IMG/VR virus record: IMGVR_UViG_3300045988_183673 | DNA: 64,000 bases | Reading direction: 5' to 3' (one strand) | Origin: a virus | In this document: in pieces, positions 35,600 through 45,428 of the stretch | Layout of the letters: each line of letters starts with the position of its first letter | Position numbering within the stretch: position 1 is the stretch's first letter | Program-made: the position numbers and the translations under genes | The notes under the pieces: generated by a model | The model's input: the letters and a program-made list of their open reading frames with translations, nothing else | What the model was told of the DNA's origin: nothing | Databases searched by the model: none

Positions 35600-36270
35600 T
35601 TTGAATCACCGCCTTCGCCAAATCCGTCCAAAAAGACAAGATTTTCTTTTGTGTGTTTCTTTTTTTGTTCAATAACTTCTTTTTCAGCTTCTTGTTTGAC
35701 TTTATCGTACGCTTCCAACGGACTCATAGAAGGTACTGATTTCTGCGTATCAGCAGGGACGATAGTATCATCGTTTTTGACGGCTGTCGTTACACGACTG
35801 CAGGTTACGAGATTTCTGTCATTAAACGCAGTTACGCCATCCTCATTTGATTTAAAAATAAAGTCATACATAGCACCAACGAAGAAAGAGTTTTTAACGT
35901 TTTTCTTTGATTCGTTGACGCTGAGGAAAAAATCGTATTTTCCGTTTTTGTCGATAAACTCTCCATCCTCATTGACAGGGATGATTCGATAGGTTGAAAT
36001 CTGCTGGCGAATCATATTTTTGCTGGACTCATCGGATACAACAATTCCCTTAACAGTCTTATACCGTTCATTTTTTTCATCATTATGAATCTCATAAATT
36101 TGAAAAATAAAATAAGCGGCGCACATCAAGCCGATGAGAAGAATCTTCCACTCCTGCATTACAACAACACCGAAAATAGAAGCAATCAAGAACAGAATAG
36201 CGATAAGCCCATTCTTCACATACATAGATGTGATAAGAGATTTGCAATCCGGATGATAAATCTTAGACAT
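35596..36270 (-). CDS. Membrane protein (2 TM), about 224 aa
   Basis: Start set at MSKIYHP (RBS GAAGGCGGTG upstream). Confidence 0.5.
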   Translation of the reverse strand: MSKIYHPDCKSLITSMYVKNGLIAILFLIASIFGVVVMQEWKILLIGLMCAAYFIFQIYEIHNDEKNERYKTVKGIVVSDESSKNMIRQQISTYRIIPVNEDGEFIDKNGKYDFFLSVNESKKNVKNSFFVGAMYDFIFKSNEDGVTAFNDRNLVTCSRVTTAVKNDDTIVPADTQKSVPSMSPLEAYDKVKQEAEKEVIEQKKKHTKENLVFLDGFGEGGDSK

Positions 36271-36271
36271 T

Positions 36272-37258
36272 TTATTCACCGCCTTCTACGTTAGAATCTT
36301 TATCTGCGCTGTTTGTCGTACTGGCAGACTGTAAAATACTTGCACCCTGCTCATTCAAAACGTCCTCGATTGTCTTGTCGCGTAGTTTAATACTGGACAA
36401 AACAACATCGTAAGACTCCCCAGACGAAGTAGTTACCCGTGCGATATATTGAATGGTCGTATCCCCCGCAAGCAATGCGCCATCTATTGTTTGCTTCTGA
36501 CGATTTCCATCCTTATCTTCGGTCTCAACCACATACATATCCTGTGACGCTTTTTGTGCAGATACAGAAGACGTCATAACAATATCTCCGGCCTTCATAT
36601 CAGAGGTCGCAAACTTGTTTACGATGGAACCTGTTCTATCCACAAAGAACACGGGGGTATCCTGCTGCATCTTCCCGTCGCCATCTACAAAATGCGAACC
36701 GCATAAGGATTCGTATTCGTTGACACTCAAAGTCTTATAGCTGAGTTCTGAATCCTCGATGGTATCCCCAGAAGGAATATCCACATTTACGACAGCAACT
36801 TTATATTCTCCGGTAAGCTGCCCGCTGATTTGGACCCAGTTTGTGTATACGAAGAAGCCAATAGCGATGGCGACAACGGCAACAATGAACATTGCGATAC
36901 CGATATTACGCTTGTTATTGTTTTTGATGATTTGTGCCTGTTCTAGGATTTCCTTACTGGCATGCTTAGTATCTTTAAGCGTCTGGTTTGCTTCATCCAG
37001 TGTATCGCTTGTCTTTGTAAGCACTTCGTAAGCTTTGGTCTCTCTATGGCCGACATTCACATTCAGCCCTTTTGCGCCATTGTTGTTGGCAGACTTTGCG
37101 TTGTTGTATTCGGCGCGAAGCGTTTCCACAACGGAATCGTCAAGCGTCATCTGTTCCCCGTTAGGCAGAATTACCGTACCATCATCATAGACATCGAAAA
37201 CACGTTCCTTGCCTTCATACATGGCGCGTACCTGACCGATAACATAATGCTCATTCAT
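36272..37258 (-). CDS. Single-pass membrane protein (about 328 aa)
   Basis: Start set at MNEHYVIG (RBS AAGGGGTG 8 nt upstream). One TM near residue 130. Confidence 0.5.
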   Translation of the reverse strand: MNEHYVIGQVRAMYEGKERVFDVYDDGTVILPNGEQMTLDDSVVETLRAEYNNAKSANNNGAKGLNVNVGHRETKAYEVLTKTSDTLDEANQTLKDTKHASKEILEQAQIIKNNNKRNIGIAMFIVAVVAIAIGFFVYTNWVQISGQLTGEYKVAVVNVDIPSGDTIEDSELSYKTLSVNEYESLCGSHFVDGDGKMQQDTPVFFVDRTGSIVNKFATSDMKAGDIVMTSSVSAQKASQDMYVVETEDKDGNRQKQTIDGALLAGDTTIQYIARVTTSSGESYDVVLSSIKLRDKTIEDVLNEQGASILQSASTTNSADKDSNVEGGE

Positions 37259-37272
37259 GTTTATCACACCCC

Positions 37273-37767
37273 TTATCTCTTGTACTTTTCGAACACCTTG
37301 CGCGAAGGAGCTCTCGGACCGCACATCTTGCACTTTTTACTCTGCTCAACATAATCAATGAGCATCTGACGTTCCCATTCAAGGTATTCGTCCATATTTT
37401 TCTCTTTCCATGAATCGAATTTGCCGTATGAAACACCGAGATAACTGGCGAATATGCTGACAGCATTCAGCATATAATCATTCGGGATTACAACCCTTTT
37501 CCCGTCCAGATTGTAAGCATGTCCCGTAGTGATTTTATTTCTTGTCTGTCCTATCTTCATTCGCCTCGTTTCTGTGTTCTTCTTTACCTGAGTTTCTCTT
37601 CTTAGGGTACTGCAGGACTTGCAATATTGAATGTTTTTGGCGGTAGAATAAAAAATTCTGCCGCATTCCTTGCATTTGCGTTCGTACGTTATGGTTTTAG
37701 GAGTTGTACTTTGTTTTTGGGTTTCTGTATGGTTGCTGTTTTCAGAAGTACAATGATTCCGAGCCAT
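37273..37767 (-). CDS. Zinc-ribbon protein (CKECGR...CKSC; CKMCGP)
   Basis: RBS AAGAGGTA 6 nt before the ATG. Confidence 0.5.
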   Translation of the reverse strand: MARNHCTSENSNHTETQKQSTTPKTITYERKCKECGRIFYSTAKNIQYCKSCSTLRRETQVKKNTETRRMKIGQTRNKITTGHAYNLDGKRVVIPNDYMLNAVSIFASYLGVSYGKFDSWKEKNMDEYLEWERQMLIDYVEQSKKCKMCGPRAPSRKVFEKYKR

Positions 37768-37783
37768 AATCTGTACCTCTTAT

Positions 37784-38845
37784 TTAAACGCGAGCGTCAA
37801 TCAGGCAATTCAGCAGCCCGTTCGCGTCACAGCCAAACAATAAGCATCCGAACACACCAATGGCATGTCCTTTTCTGGTAGAGAATGTTCCTGCCGTAAC
37901 ACCAAGATGCCCGGCAATCTGCTCATCTGTCCAGTTGTACTTTTTCCCCTCAATCATTGCAAGGATAACGTCATAATAACGTTGACCAAGCGGGAACTGT
38001 TTCATGATTTCGATAGCCCCTCGTATGAGTTTCACATACTCCACAATGAGATAGGCATCGCTTCTGTTTTTATCAGAAACTTTGATTTTACTCAAATCTT
38101 CGTACGAAGAAGACCCAAGCAACTTCATGGCGGGGTCCTTTGACCGTGAGGCACGATACAGAATACGCGTGTATTCCGTAAGGAGCAGCGGAACATTATG
38201 ATAAAGGCTTGCTTCTTCTACCCCGTCCACATCACTGCTTGTCATCAGGATTTTATAATATTCCTTGATAACACTACCTGCTGTATTGTAAACGGATTCA
38301 ATGCACCGCTCGCAATACTTCATGATTTTGATGCGTCCATTCTTCGGAAGAACAGCGGGATTCAGAAAACAGTCAAATACCTCCCGCATGCTGGAACAGT
38401 AGTCGACTTCGTACAAAAGCTCTGACCGCGATTCCTCAATAGCATCGAGAAGCATCTGACAACTTTCGAAGTATTCTTTGCGTTTTCTGAAATGCAAAGA
38501 CTCTTCCTCAATGTTCGGAGCCAGCCAGCTCTGAATACGGCGCAGACGGGAAATGGCTTCGACATCACACATCTCATCGTCGTGAACGTCTTCACAGTTC
38601 TGCATCATAACATCAAGGTCTTTCGCCTGCATCATCCATTTGAGTGCCGGATACAATATCATCAGAACAGCAGCTTCTTTCAGTTCCGGCCGCTCTTCCA
38701 CGACACGATTTACACACTTCGTCAGCACATAAGAATTGGGGATGTCTCCGCCAAAGCTTCTACGCAGAACAATGTTGTCATGCATAATGGCATCGAGCAA
38801 TGCGTAAAGCTGCTGTTCTTGGGCTTTATTCAATGCTTCGGACAA
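37784..38845 (-). CDS. HTH protein with a sigma-70 region-4-like C-terminus (candidate alternative sigma factor or regulator)
   Basis: The C-terminal YNWTDEQIAGHLGVTAGTFSTRKGHAIGVF resembles a region-4 / LuxR-type HTH. TTG start with RBS AAAGGAGGG 5 nt upstream. Confidence 0.4.
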   Translation of the reverse strand: MSEALNKAQEQQLYALLDAIMHDNIVLRRSFGGDIPNSYVLTKCVNRVVEERPELKEAAVLMILYPALKWMMQAKDLDVMMQNCEDVHDDEMCDVEAISRLRRIQSWLAPNIEEESLHFRKRKEYFESCQMLLDAIEESRSELLYEVDYCSSMREVFDCFLNPAVLPKNGRIKIMKYCERCIESVYNTAGSVIKEYYKILMTSSDVDGVEEASLYHNVPLLLTEYTRILYRASRSKDPAMKLLGSSSYEDLSKIKVSDKNRSDAYLIVEYVKLIRGAIEIMKQFPLGQRYYDVILAMIEGKKYNWTDEQIAGHLGVTAGTFSTRKGHAIGVFGCLLFGCDANGLLNCLIDARV

Positions 38846-39285
38846 TTTGTCTTCCCTCCTTTCGCAAGATTCGTTTCGATGTAAATGCACGTGTTGTCAT
38901 GTACGGTTTCGGATAAAAGGCCACTGTAATAGAACATGACCTTGTATTTCTTTGCGGTACAGGCATATTTGAGTCGCGCCCAAAGGTCTTTGTTATGACT
39001 GGGCTCAGTGTCTCCGTCCTCTACCCCAAAAGAGGCACCGGTGCGTGCAATCACACTATCACTGCTGAATACTGCGATTTGAGACCCTGTCGGCAATCCG
39101 ATATTCTCAATAATGCGGCAAAGCTCTGCCAATTTCAGCCTCGTATAACCAATCGGAGCGGCCATAAAGTAAGTATCCTTCTGCCTATCCGACTTGGCGG
39201 AAGGATTTACGACAAAACTGTGGACGCACACCTCACCGTTCAACTCCGGCGTTTTGACGATATCAAGATAGATAATAGTGGCCAT
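38830..39285 (-). CDS. rnhA: Ribonuclease HI-like protein
   Basis: Order of motifs matches RNase HI: IIYLDIV (D10 region), YTRLKLAELCRIIENI (E48 helix), IAVFSSDSVIARTG (D70), NKDLWARL, and a C-terminal HD-like region. Confidence 0.6.
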   Translation of the reverse strand: MATIIYLDIVKTPELNGEVCVHSFVVNPSAKSDRQKDTYFMAAPIGYTRLKLAELCRIIENIGLPTGSQIAVFSSDSVIARTGASFGVEDGDTEPSHNKDLWARLKYACTAKKYKVMFYYSGLLSETVHDNTCIYIETNLAKGGKTNCPKH

Positions 39286-39311
39286 AAACTGCTCCCCCTA
39301 ACGTACAGTGA

Positions 39312-39340
39312 TTGACTTTTTCGCGTTTTTGTGGTATTAT
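39312..39340 (+). promoter_or_regulatory. (+)-strand promoter TTGACT-17-TATTAT (extended -10), followed by the 8-bp inverted repeat TTACCGGT-N16-ACCGGTAA (operator-like) at 39361-39392
   Basis: Read from the sequence in the divergent intergenic region 39286-39439. Confidence 0.55.
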
Positions 39341-39439
39341 ATAAGTGCAGTAAAGGTATAATTTATATTACCGGTTACAAAGATTGTTGCTACCGGTAAT
39401 TGTATGAACTTGTCTGTCAAACCAAACAGGAGGGAAATT

Positions 39440-40102
39440 ATGAGTAATAACATCAACGAGAACTCCAAGCCAGTAGAGAACATCTTCGACGCTTTCTCAA
39501 TGGGGAGCAAGATGAATACCGCTTCCAAACAAGAACGAGCCAAAATTGTGGCTGCATTTATGGAACAGGCAAAATCTTGCTTTGTTGACACGGAGAATAC
39601 CGTGAAATATCTGAATGTTCTGATGGAACGGACGAGACTCCGTTATGGGTTTACCGCTGATGAATTTGCAGCAATGTTGGGATACAGCAGCACTGCCGCT
39701 TACAACAAGACATTCATGCAACCAAATGCAAATTTTGGAACTGTAGTATTTCCTTATGTGGTTCAGTTTTGCTATCTGTTTGGCTATAATTTGTCAATTC
39801 CTGATTCCGTGTCTGCTCCGCAAACAGTGGCAGACCTATACTCTTTGGAACTGGCTTCTTTTCTGATTTCTCTTGGCCCCGATGCAATGGATGATATTTC
39901 AAGAACATTGGTCGGTGCCGAATACCTTGACCCGAATTTAAGAAAAACAAGTTCTCAAATACTTTCAAAGGCAAAGAAATACTTCTATGGTAATGATGGT
40001 GAAGCGTTACCCAATGAAGTTCAGTACCGCAACAGATTAGATAACGCTGAGAATAAGATTAAGCGTCTCGATAAAATAGAGAAAGCCAATCACGACAAAT
40101 GA
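39440..40102 (+). CDS. HTH-containing regulator-like protein (220 aa)
   Basis: RBS GGAGGG 5 nt before the ATG at 39440. FTADEFAAMLGYSSTAAYNKTF is HTH-like. Confidence 0.5.
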   Translation: MSNNINENSKPVENIFDAFSMGSKMNTASKQERAKIVAAFMEQAKSCFVDTENTVKYLNVLMERTRLRYGFTADEFAAMLGYSSTAAYNKTFMQPNANFGTVVFPYVVQFCYLFGYNLSIPDSVSAPQTVADLYSLELASFLISLGPDAMDDISRTLVGAEYLDPNLRKTSSQILSKAKKYFYGNDGEALPNEVQYRNRLDNAENKIKRLDKIEKANHDK

Positions 40103-40567
40103 TTAGCCGCCAAACATATCGGCTAACTGTAATGCAAGCATCGCTTCTTCTGAAATAGGAGGCGGTGCTTCTTCTGTTTTTGGAGTTGTATTGATGGTTT
40201 GTGTGTCTGTAATGTTTTGGGGGGAGTAATTTGAAGCTGGCGCAGCTACCGCAATCCCGTTTTTCTGAATGCTGCTTGTCACTGCATCTACAATCTGAGG
40301 GATACAGCTTCTGATTTCTTCTGCTATTGTGTTTTGCAGTTCCTCTTTTAAGATGGACTGCGCTTCTTGCATCTCATGTTGTTTTGTAGCCTTGTCGATT
40401 ATAGCATTTACAACCGCATCGGTTTTTCCGCCGCGTTGCAAACTGTTCAGATAATCATATACAAGTACATGATTGTCTTTGCTTAAATCAAAAACAAGTG
40501 TGGTTCGTACCGTCGTGCCAACGGTCTCTTTTTCTGTTTCATTCTTTTTGGGACGTCCACGCGGCAT
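40103..40567 (-). CDS. Hypothetical protein with an N-terminal AT-hook-like MPRGRPKK
   Basis: ORF convergent with the gene at 39440..40102. Confidence 0.45.
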   Translation of the reverse strand: MPRGRPKKNETEKETVGTTVRTTLVFDLSKDNHVLVYDYLNSLQRGGKTDAVVNAIIDKATKQHEMQEAQSILKEELQNTIAEEIRSCIPQIVDAVTSSIQKNGIAVAAPASNYSPQNITDTQTINTTPKTEEAPPPISEEAMLALQLADMFGG

Positions 40568-40600
40568 TCAGTGCTCACCACGCTTTCGAAAACGGTGCTC

Positions 40601-41560
40601 TTAAATTTCACCGCTCATGGTAAGCTTTGCACGAGCCATGATTTCATATCCTTTTGCATTTGCGGTTACATCCGTCAAGAAGAAAAGGTTCTTGGTGTCA
40701 ATGGCTCGCTCGATGCTTTCGCGCATCATAGCAGAACCACCGCCCATAAAGATGAAATAGGATGTTTTGAAGTCGTCCTTGATTTTTTCGGAAATCGTAC
40801 GAATCAATGCTGTTGCATAATTGTCTGCGGTTTCCTTGGCAATTTTCACGGCGTTTTCATCGACCAGCATGTTGTTGTTCCCTGCAAGGATTGCCTCAGC
40901 CATGTAGTCATCGACCGACAAGGAACAATGGACACGCAGCTCGCTCTCGACAGTGCTCAGGAGTTCAATGACTCCACGGTCATAGCTTTCGCAGAAAGAA
41001 AGGTCCGGAGCATAAGTGTTGCCACGACCAGAGAAACGAATCACATCCGTGGTATACCCGCCGATGTCTACGACATAAGAACGGGGATAGCGCTTGATTT
41101 CCTTCTGAATCTCGCTTGCTGCCGTAATAGAAAAGCCCTGAGGATAGACAAAGACATGCTTGACAGTAATCTCAAACGGGATATCTTTGTACATGAAATT
41201 GATGAGTTTCCCGCTTTTGCCGAAATACTCATCATACTTCGCTTTCAGGGACATATGCTGCGGGGGCAAGCCCATCGCGAGGCATACATCGTATTTGTAG
41301 AATTTCTGATTGGGATACTTCTTTATAAGGTTCTTTGCTACGGCAATCAGCGTCAGCAAAAAGTAAGTATCATCCTTCGTCTTATCCTGCTGATAAGGCG
41401 TGCGGCTGTCATTGAGAGAATAATACTTCCCCATATAGCACATCGTCTCTCCCTTGATAGCCGGTTCAGTCGTACCGTGACGAACAAGACCAGTGGGAAA
41501 CGGCTCACAGCCAGGCGTCTTCATTGCTTTGTTTCCGGTATCTACTCCAATAATCTCCAT
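40601..41560 (-). CDS. Actin-like ATPase (ParM/StbA/Alp family), candidate segregation protein
   Basis: N-terminus MEIIGVDTGNKAMKT (phosphate-1 loop), and later DIGGYTTD (phosphate-2 / DxGxxT). Start set at this M (RBS GGAGGA 6 nt upstream). The ORF track extends 100 codons upstream. Confidence 0.55.
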   Translation of the reverse strand: MEIIGVDTGNKAMKTPGCEPFPTGLVRHGTTEPAIKGETMCYMGKYYSLNDSRTPYQQDKTKDDTYFLLTLIAVAKNLIKKYPNQKFYKYDVCLAMGLPPQHMSLKAKYDEYFGKSGKLINFMYKDIPFEITVKHVFVYPQGFSITAASEIQKEIKRYPRSYVVDIGGYTTDVIRFSGRGNTYAPDLSFCESYDRGVIELLSTVESELRVHCSLSVDDYMAEAILAGNNNMLVDENAVKIAKETADNYATALIRTISEKIKDDFKTSYFIFMGGGSAMMRESIERAIDTKNLFFLTDVTANAKGYEIMARAKLTMSGEI

Positions 41561-41798
41561 AAAAAATCCTCCGAACGAGTCGCAATATAGTTGAAAGTAC
41601 GAATTTTGGGATACTCTGCGCGATAAAATATAAGTGTCTACCAGATAACAATGGGACTCACTGACTGATGTATAGCGGTTGTTAAAACGGAAAGAACAAC
41701 TAATATACAACTGCCTGTTGTTATCATGATACCACACATGCAGTTGTCCAGCAACGAACTTTTGTTCGCATAGACAACAAAAAAGAAAGGAGTTATTT

Positions 41799-42029
41799 AT
41801 GCCATCCACCTTTGATACCATGGTAGGAAAGCGAATCAAAAAGCAACGAATGGAAATCAATTACAGCCAAGAACAGTTGGCGGCAAGCACGAATTGTTCC
41901 TATCGCTGCATCCAAAAATGGGAGTCAGGAAAGACGATGCCGCGAGCACAAATGCTATGCAATTTAGCAAAAGCCTTACATGTTTCGTCTGACTGGCTGC
42001 TTGGTATTTCCAATGACAGGAACGGTTAA
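41799..42029 (+). CDS. XRE-family (Cro/CI-type) HTH transcriptional regulator
   Basis: GKRIKKQRMEINYSQEQLAASTNCSYRCIQKWESGKTMPRAQMLCNLAKALHVSSDWLLG is a canonical XRE HTH. RBS AAAGGAG upstream. Confidence 0.8.
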   Translation: MPSTFDTMVGKRIKKQRMEINYSQEQLAASTNCSYRCIQKWESGKTMPRAQMLCNLAKALHVSSDWLLGISNDRNG

Positions 42030-43375
42030 TTGTTTACCGGAAAAACCAGCGTCTTAGCGATTGTCTCAGCAAGGTCTTGAAACTCGCTCTCAACGTGCTC
42101 CGGGATAAAACCGATAGCAGCTTCCCTCTTCAAAACGTCGATAGCCTTCGTAAACTGAGAACGGGTGTACGAATACCCCCAACGAAGACCATCGGCGTTT
42201 TGCTGTAGAATTTCGCAAAGCGGGTCCAGTACAACAAACATGATTTCCTTCACGTTGTTTTCCGTGCAGATACGCATAGCCTCGATAGCTCCGGCAAAGC
42301 CGTACTCCCATTCATCGCTCGTGTGTCCACACATACCGTGGATGATTCGCTTGTCTCCCATATCTACCACGATACCGTAAGCGCCTTCACGCGTCTCGTC
42401 GTTGTAAACGCAAGTGAGGAATACATTCGTACGGAATGCATTCGAAGCCTTCATGGCGGAATCATATTTTGAACCACGGTCGCTCTTCATCGGAACAATG
42501 CCGGTAATAGAAAGCTTGTCTGTCTTAGGCTTCTCCATCTGCATACCGGACTGTCCACGAGCCATGATTGCACTATTCCCTTTCTGAGGAGATTCTGTGC
42601 GCTGTGCAGGCTGTGAAACAGGCTTCTGAACGGGTTTCGCCTCTGACTTCATTTCCGGCGCAGAAACCGTCTTATCCGTCACGGGCTTTTTATCCTTAAC
42701 CGGAATGACAGGAGGCTTGGGCTGTTCCGAAATCTGTTCGGAAACAGAAGGCTTTGCAATCACCGGAGCAACCTTCTTCTGTTCCGGTTCGGCATCTTTC
42801 GGCCCTTGTTCGTTTTCTTCCGTTTTGTTCAGAACCGTTTCAAAAACATGGAGCGCTTCCTTCGTTTTAGACTCGGTAGCCTCATTCTTGGATTCGTCCT
42901 TTACAGGAAGAGATTCTTCTTTTACGGGTTCATCCTTTGTTGCAGGCTTGACGACGGGATTTGATTGCGGTTTCGGCTCTTTCTTAGCGGTGACACCGAA
43001 AAGGTTTGCGAGACGTTCTTCCTCTTTCTTCTTCCTTTCAGCTTCCTGCTTCTTGCGTTCTTCCGCAAGCTTACGTTCCTGCTCTGCCTTTTCGGCTTCT
43101 TCTTTTTCAATTTGCTTGCGCATCTTTGCGCGGCGAGCCTCCTCGATGCGCTTTGCTTCTTCTTCTTCTTTCTTTTTCTTTTCGAGATACTCAGAGTGAA
43201 TCGGACGAGATGTCGTGGGAGCTGCCTGCAGAGGCTTCTTTGCTTCCACCTGTTCCACCTTATTCTCCTCCTTCTTGAGTTTTTCCTTTTCTGCGGCATC
43301 AACTTTGCGCTGTGTCATATTGTTGAACAGTTTATTCAACGCCTCAGACTCGGCGATATAAGACTCCTTACTCAT
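42026..43375 (-). CDS. Protein with a KEKE/charged coiled-coil N-terminal region and a C-terminal RNase H-like domain
   Basis: The C-terminal GAYGIVVDMGDKRIIHGMCGHTSDEWEYGFAGAIEAMRIC...EIMFVVLD shows the RNase H-like D/E/D order. Confidence 0.45.
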   Translation of the reverse strand: MSKESYIAESEALNKLFNNMTQRKVDAAEKEKLKKEENKVEQVEAKKPLQAAPTTSRPIHSEYLEKKKKEEEEAKRIEEARRAKMRKQIEKEEAEKAEQERKLAEERKKQEAERKKKEEERLANLFGVTAKKEPKPQSNPVVKPATKDEPVKEESLPVKDESKNEATESKTKEALHVFETVLNKTEENEQGPKDAEPEQKKVAPVIAKPSVSEQISEQPKPPVIPVKDKKPVTDKTVSAPEMKSEAKPVQKPVSQPAQRTESPQKGNSAIMARGQSGMQMEKPKTDKLSITGIVPMKSDRGSKYDSAMKASNAFRTNVFLTCVYNDETREGAYGIVVDMGDKRIIHGMCGHTSDEWEYGFAGAIEAMRICTENNVKEIMFVVLDPLCEILQQNADGLRWGYSYTRSQFTKAIDVLKREAAIGFIPEHVESEFQDLAETIAKTLVFPVNN

Positions 43376-45038
43376 TACCGGTTGCCTCCTTTTTCGTGAT
43401 GAGTGTATAGATTAACTCCTCTGTAAGAGGAATAGATGTAACATTGGGCAGATGCTCGAATCGAATACCACGAGCCTTACAAATCTGCTTCGCCTTTCCG
43501 TACAAAGAATGACTCATCTGTGTAACACGGAAAATAACAATGTCACTGTTTGCGATAAGCGCATCGCAGGTAGCCAGATTACACTGGTCAACATACGAGA
43601 TATCCGGCTGTGCATTACGAAGCATGTTGACAAAGTTCTGCTGTCCACCGCAGAAAACAATTTTCTTGTTCTTTGCCATCTGATTCAGCTCTTTATGATA
43701 GTCTATGACTTCTGTTTCCTGTTCACAGATACCTGCATCGGAATCATCAAAGTCATCAAACTCGGAAGTTTCTGGCCGAAGCTGAATGAGCTTTCGCTCT
43801 GCGTTCGCCAACAGCTTTTCCAGTTCATGGATTCTACTCTCGGCATCATCGTTCTTTTTGCGCAAAGCCGTTTCTCGTTTCATGGATGTGGCCTTGAAAT
43901 CGTAAAGTTCTTTCTTGACCTTTTCCAGTTTGGCGTTTGTACTTGCCTCAGCCACTTCCTTTTTGACTTCGGAAGCTTTTTGCTTTAGCTGCTCCTCGTA
44001 TTTTTTGTTTTCGAGTTCGCGTTTTCTCAGCTTTCTCTGGTTATAGATTGTAGTGCTCTTTTCGAGAATCGCATTCTTTTGCTGCTTTTCTCCAAAAGAA
44101 GAAACAACATATTGCCAGACAAGAGCAATATAAGCATCACGAATTCCTCTGTCGATAGACGCTCTATGTACCATCTTTCTCGGGTCTACTGTGCAGCTCA
44201 TTGCCATAATTGCGCAAATTCGCTCTTTCATTTTCTCCGTGATGGGGAACTTATAAAGCGAATGATGATTGACACCAATACTGGTAGAAATCCGAAAAGA
44301 ACTCATACACATATCGATACGCGGACGACTGGACATATTTAACGGAGGCGTTGGAGCAACGCCATTCTTGACGGCTTGCGTAAAGAAATCCGCCATTTCC
44401 GGCATATCCCAGCTGTTACAGTCACTGTCGTATCGCAGCGCATAAATCATATCGCCGAGTGTGGCGACATCCCAGATATCGGACACTGCTTCTTTCACAA
44501 AGGCCATCATCGCTTCCGTGCCGCTGTCAGAGAAGGAGTTATCGAAATCTTTGACGATTTTCCTGATACTGTCTCCGTCCTTCACGGATGCTGCCTGAAA
44601 AATGTCCAATGCAGCCTTAAATCCACGCGTAATGGTTCTCTTACTCAAATCATTCTCGTGGAACATCTTTTCGAATAGCTTATCCGATTCGCCGTCGATT
44701 TTCTTTACAATCTGGTACAGCGTGGGATTCGTTTTATCGGCTTTGATGACCAGATACGAAAGGATGTCAAGTGCCGTATCTGTCAATCCATCATTCCCTG
44801 CAAGAATGATGGTAAGGTCATTTTCGCCTTTAAGGATTTTCCTTTTCATCTTCTGGCAATCGTTGTCTGACTGAGCCAGTTCAATGATTTCCTTCCTCAA
44901 AGGGAAGCACTCGATTAGAAAAGCAATCCGCTGATACACAAAATCAACGGTGCTGATTTTAAATTCTCGCGGGAAATCCCTGATTTCAGCAATATCATCA
45001 GGAATCACAAAGCCGTTAATCACATTCTGTGTAACCAA
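43368..45038 (-). CDS. Hypothetical protein with a central coiled-coil (556 aa, TTG start)
   Basis: RBS GAAGGAG 8 nt before the TTG. Confidence 0.5.
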   Translation of the reverse strand: MVTQNVINGFVIPDDIAEIRDFPREFKISTVDFVYQRIAFLIECFPLRKEIIELAQSDNDCQKMKRKILKGENDLTIILAGNDGLTDTALDILSYLVIKADKTNPTLYQIVKKIDGESDKLFEKMFHENDLSKRTITRGFKAALDIFQAASVKDGDSIRKIVKDFDNSFSDSGTEAMMAFVKEAVSDIWDVATLGDMIYALRYDSDCNSWDMPEMADFFTQAVKNGVAPTPPLNMSSRPRIDMCMSSFRISTSIGVNHHSLYKFPITEKMKERICAIMAMSCTVDPRKMVHRASIDRGIRDAYIALVWQYVVSSFGEKQQKNAILEKSTTIYNQRKLRKRELENKKYEEQLKQKASEVKKEVAEASTNAKLEKVKKELYDFKATSMKRETALRKKNDDAESRIHELEKLLANAERKLIQLRPETSEFDDFDDSDAGICEQETEVIDYHKELNQMAKNKKIVFCGGQQNFVNMLRNAQPDISYVDQCNLATCDALIANSDIVIFRVTQMSHSLYGKAKQICKARGIRFEHLPNVTSIPLTEELIYTLITKKEATGNE

Positions 45039-45062
45039 GTTATCAACTCCTTCACCGGCAGT

Positions 45063-45344
45063 TTAAGTTCGATGAACTTTGTTTTTCATACAACAAGGAA
45101 GGCAACAGACACCGTATGTGTTATTGCCCCACTCGCAATGCGCTCGACTGCAAATAACACCGCGTTGGGCTTTGACGGTTTTCTTCTCTTCTTTCTTCTT
45201 TTCGATTTCGCCTTCCCGAAGAATGGTCTTTACTTCCTTTGTTGTGATACCATACTTTCTGGCAATCTGAACGACCGTTTTTCCTCCGTTGAATTCCTCT
45301 ACAGCCTGTTCATGTGTTACGCCACAGCCAAATTTTCCGTACAT
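45063..45344 (-). CDS. Small HTH plus Cys-cluster protein
   Basis: GGKTVVQIARKYGITTKEVKTILREG is HTH-like. C-terminal Cys/His-rich region (CSRAHCEW, CCLPCCMKNKVHRT). RBS GAGTGAGGG upstream. Confidence 0.5.
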   Translation of the reverse strand: MYGKFGCGVTHEQAVEEFNGGKTVVQIARKYGITTKEVKTILREGEIEKKKEEKKTVKAQRGVICSRAHCEWGNNTYGVCCLPCCMKNKVHRT

Positions 45345-45373
45345 GATTTAACCCTCACTCTAAATACGGCAAA

Positions 45374-45417
45374 AAGGCCATGCGCTCTATTTCCTATAAG
45401 AAATGGCGGTATGGCCT
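45374..45417 (-). terminator. Terminator hairpin (AGGCCAT...ATGGCCT with an inner stem) plus U-run, after the Dam gene
   Basis: Composite inverted repeat followed by TTTTT on the minus strand. Confidence 0.5.
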
Positions 45418-45428
45418 GTTTGCCTCGC

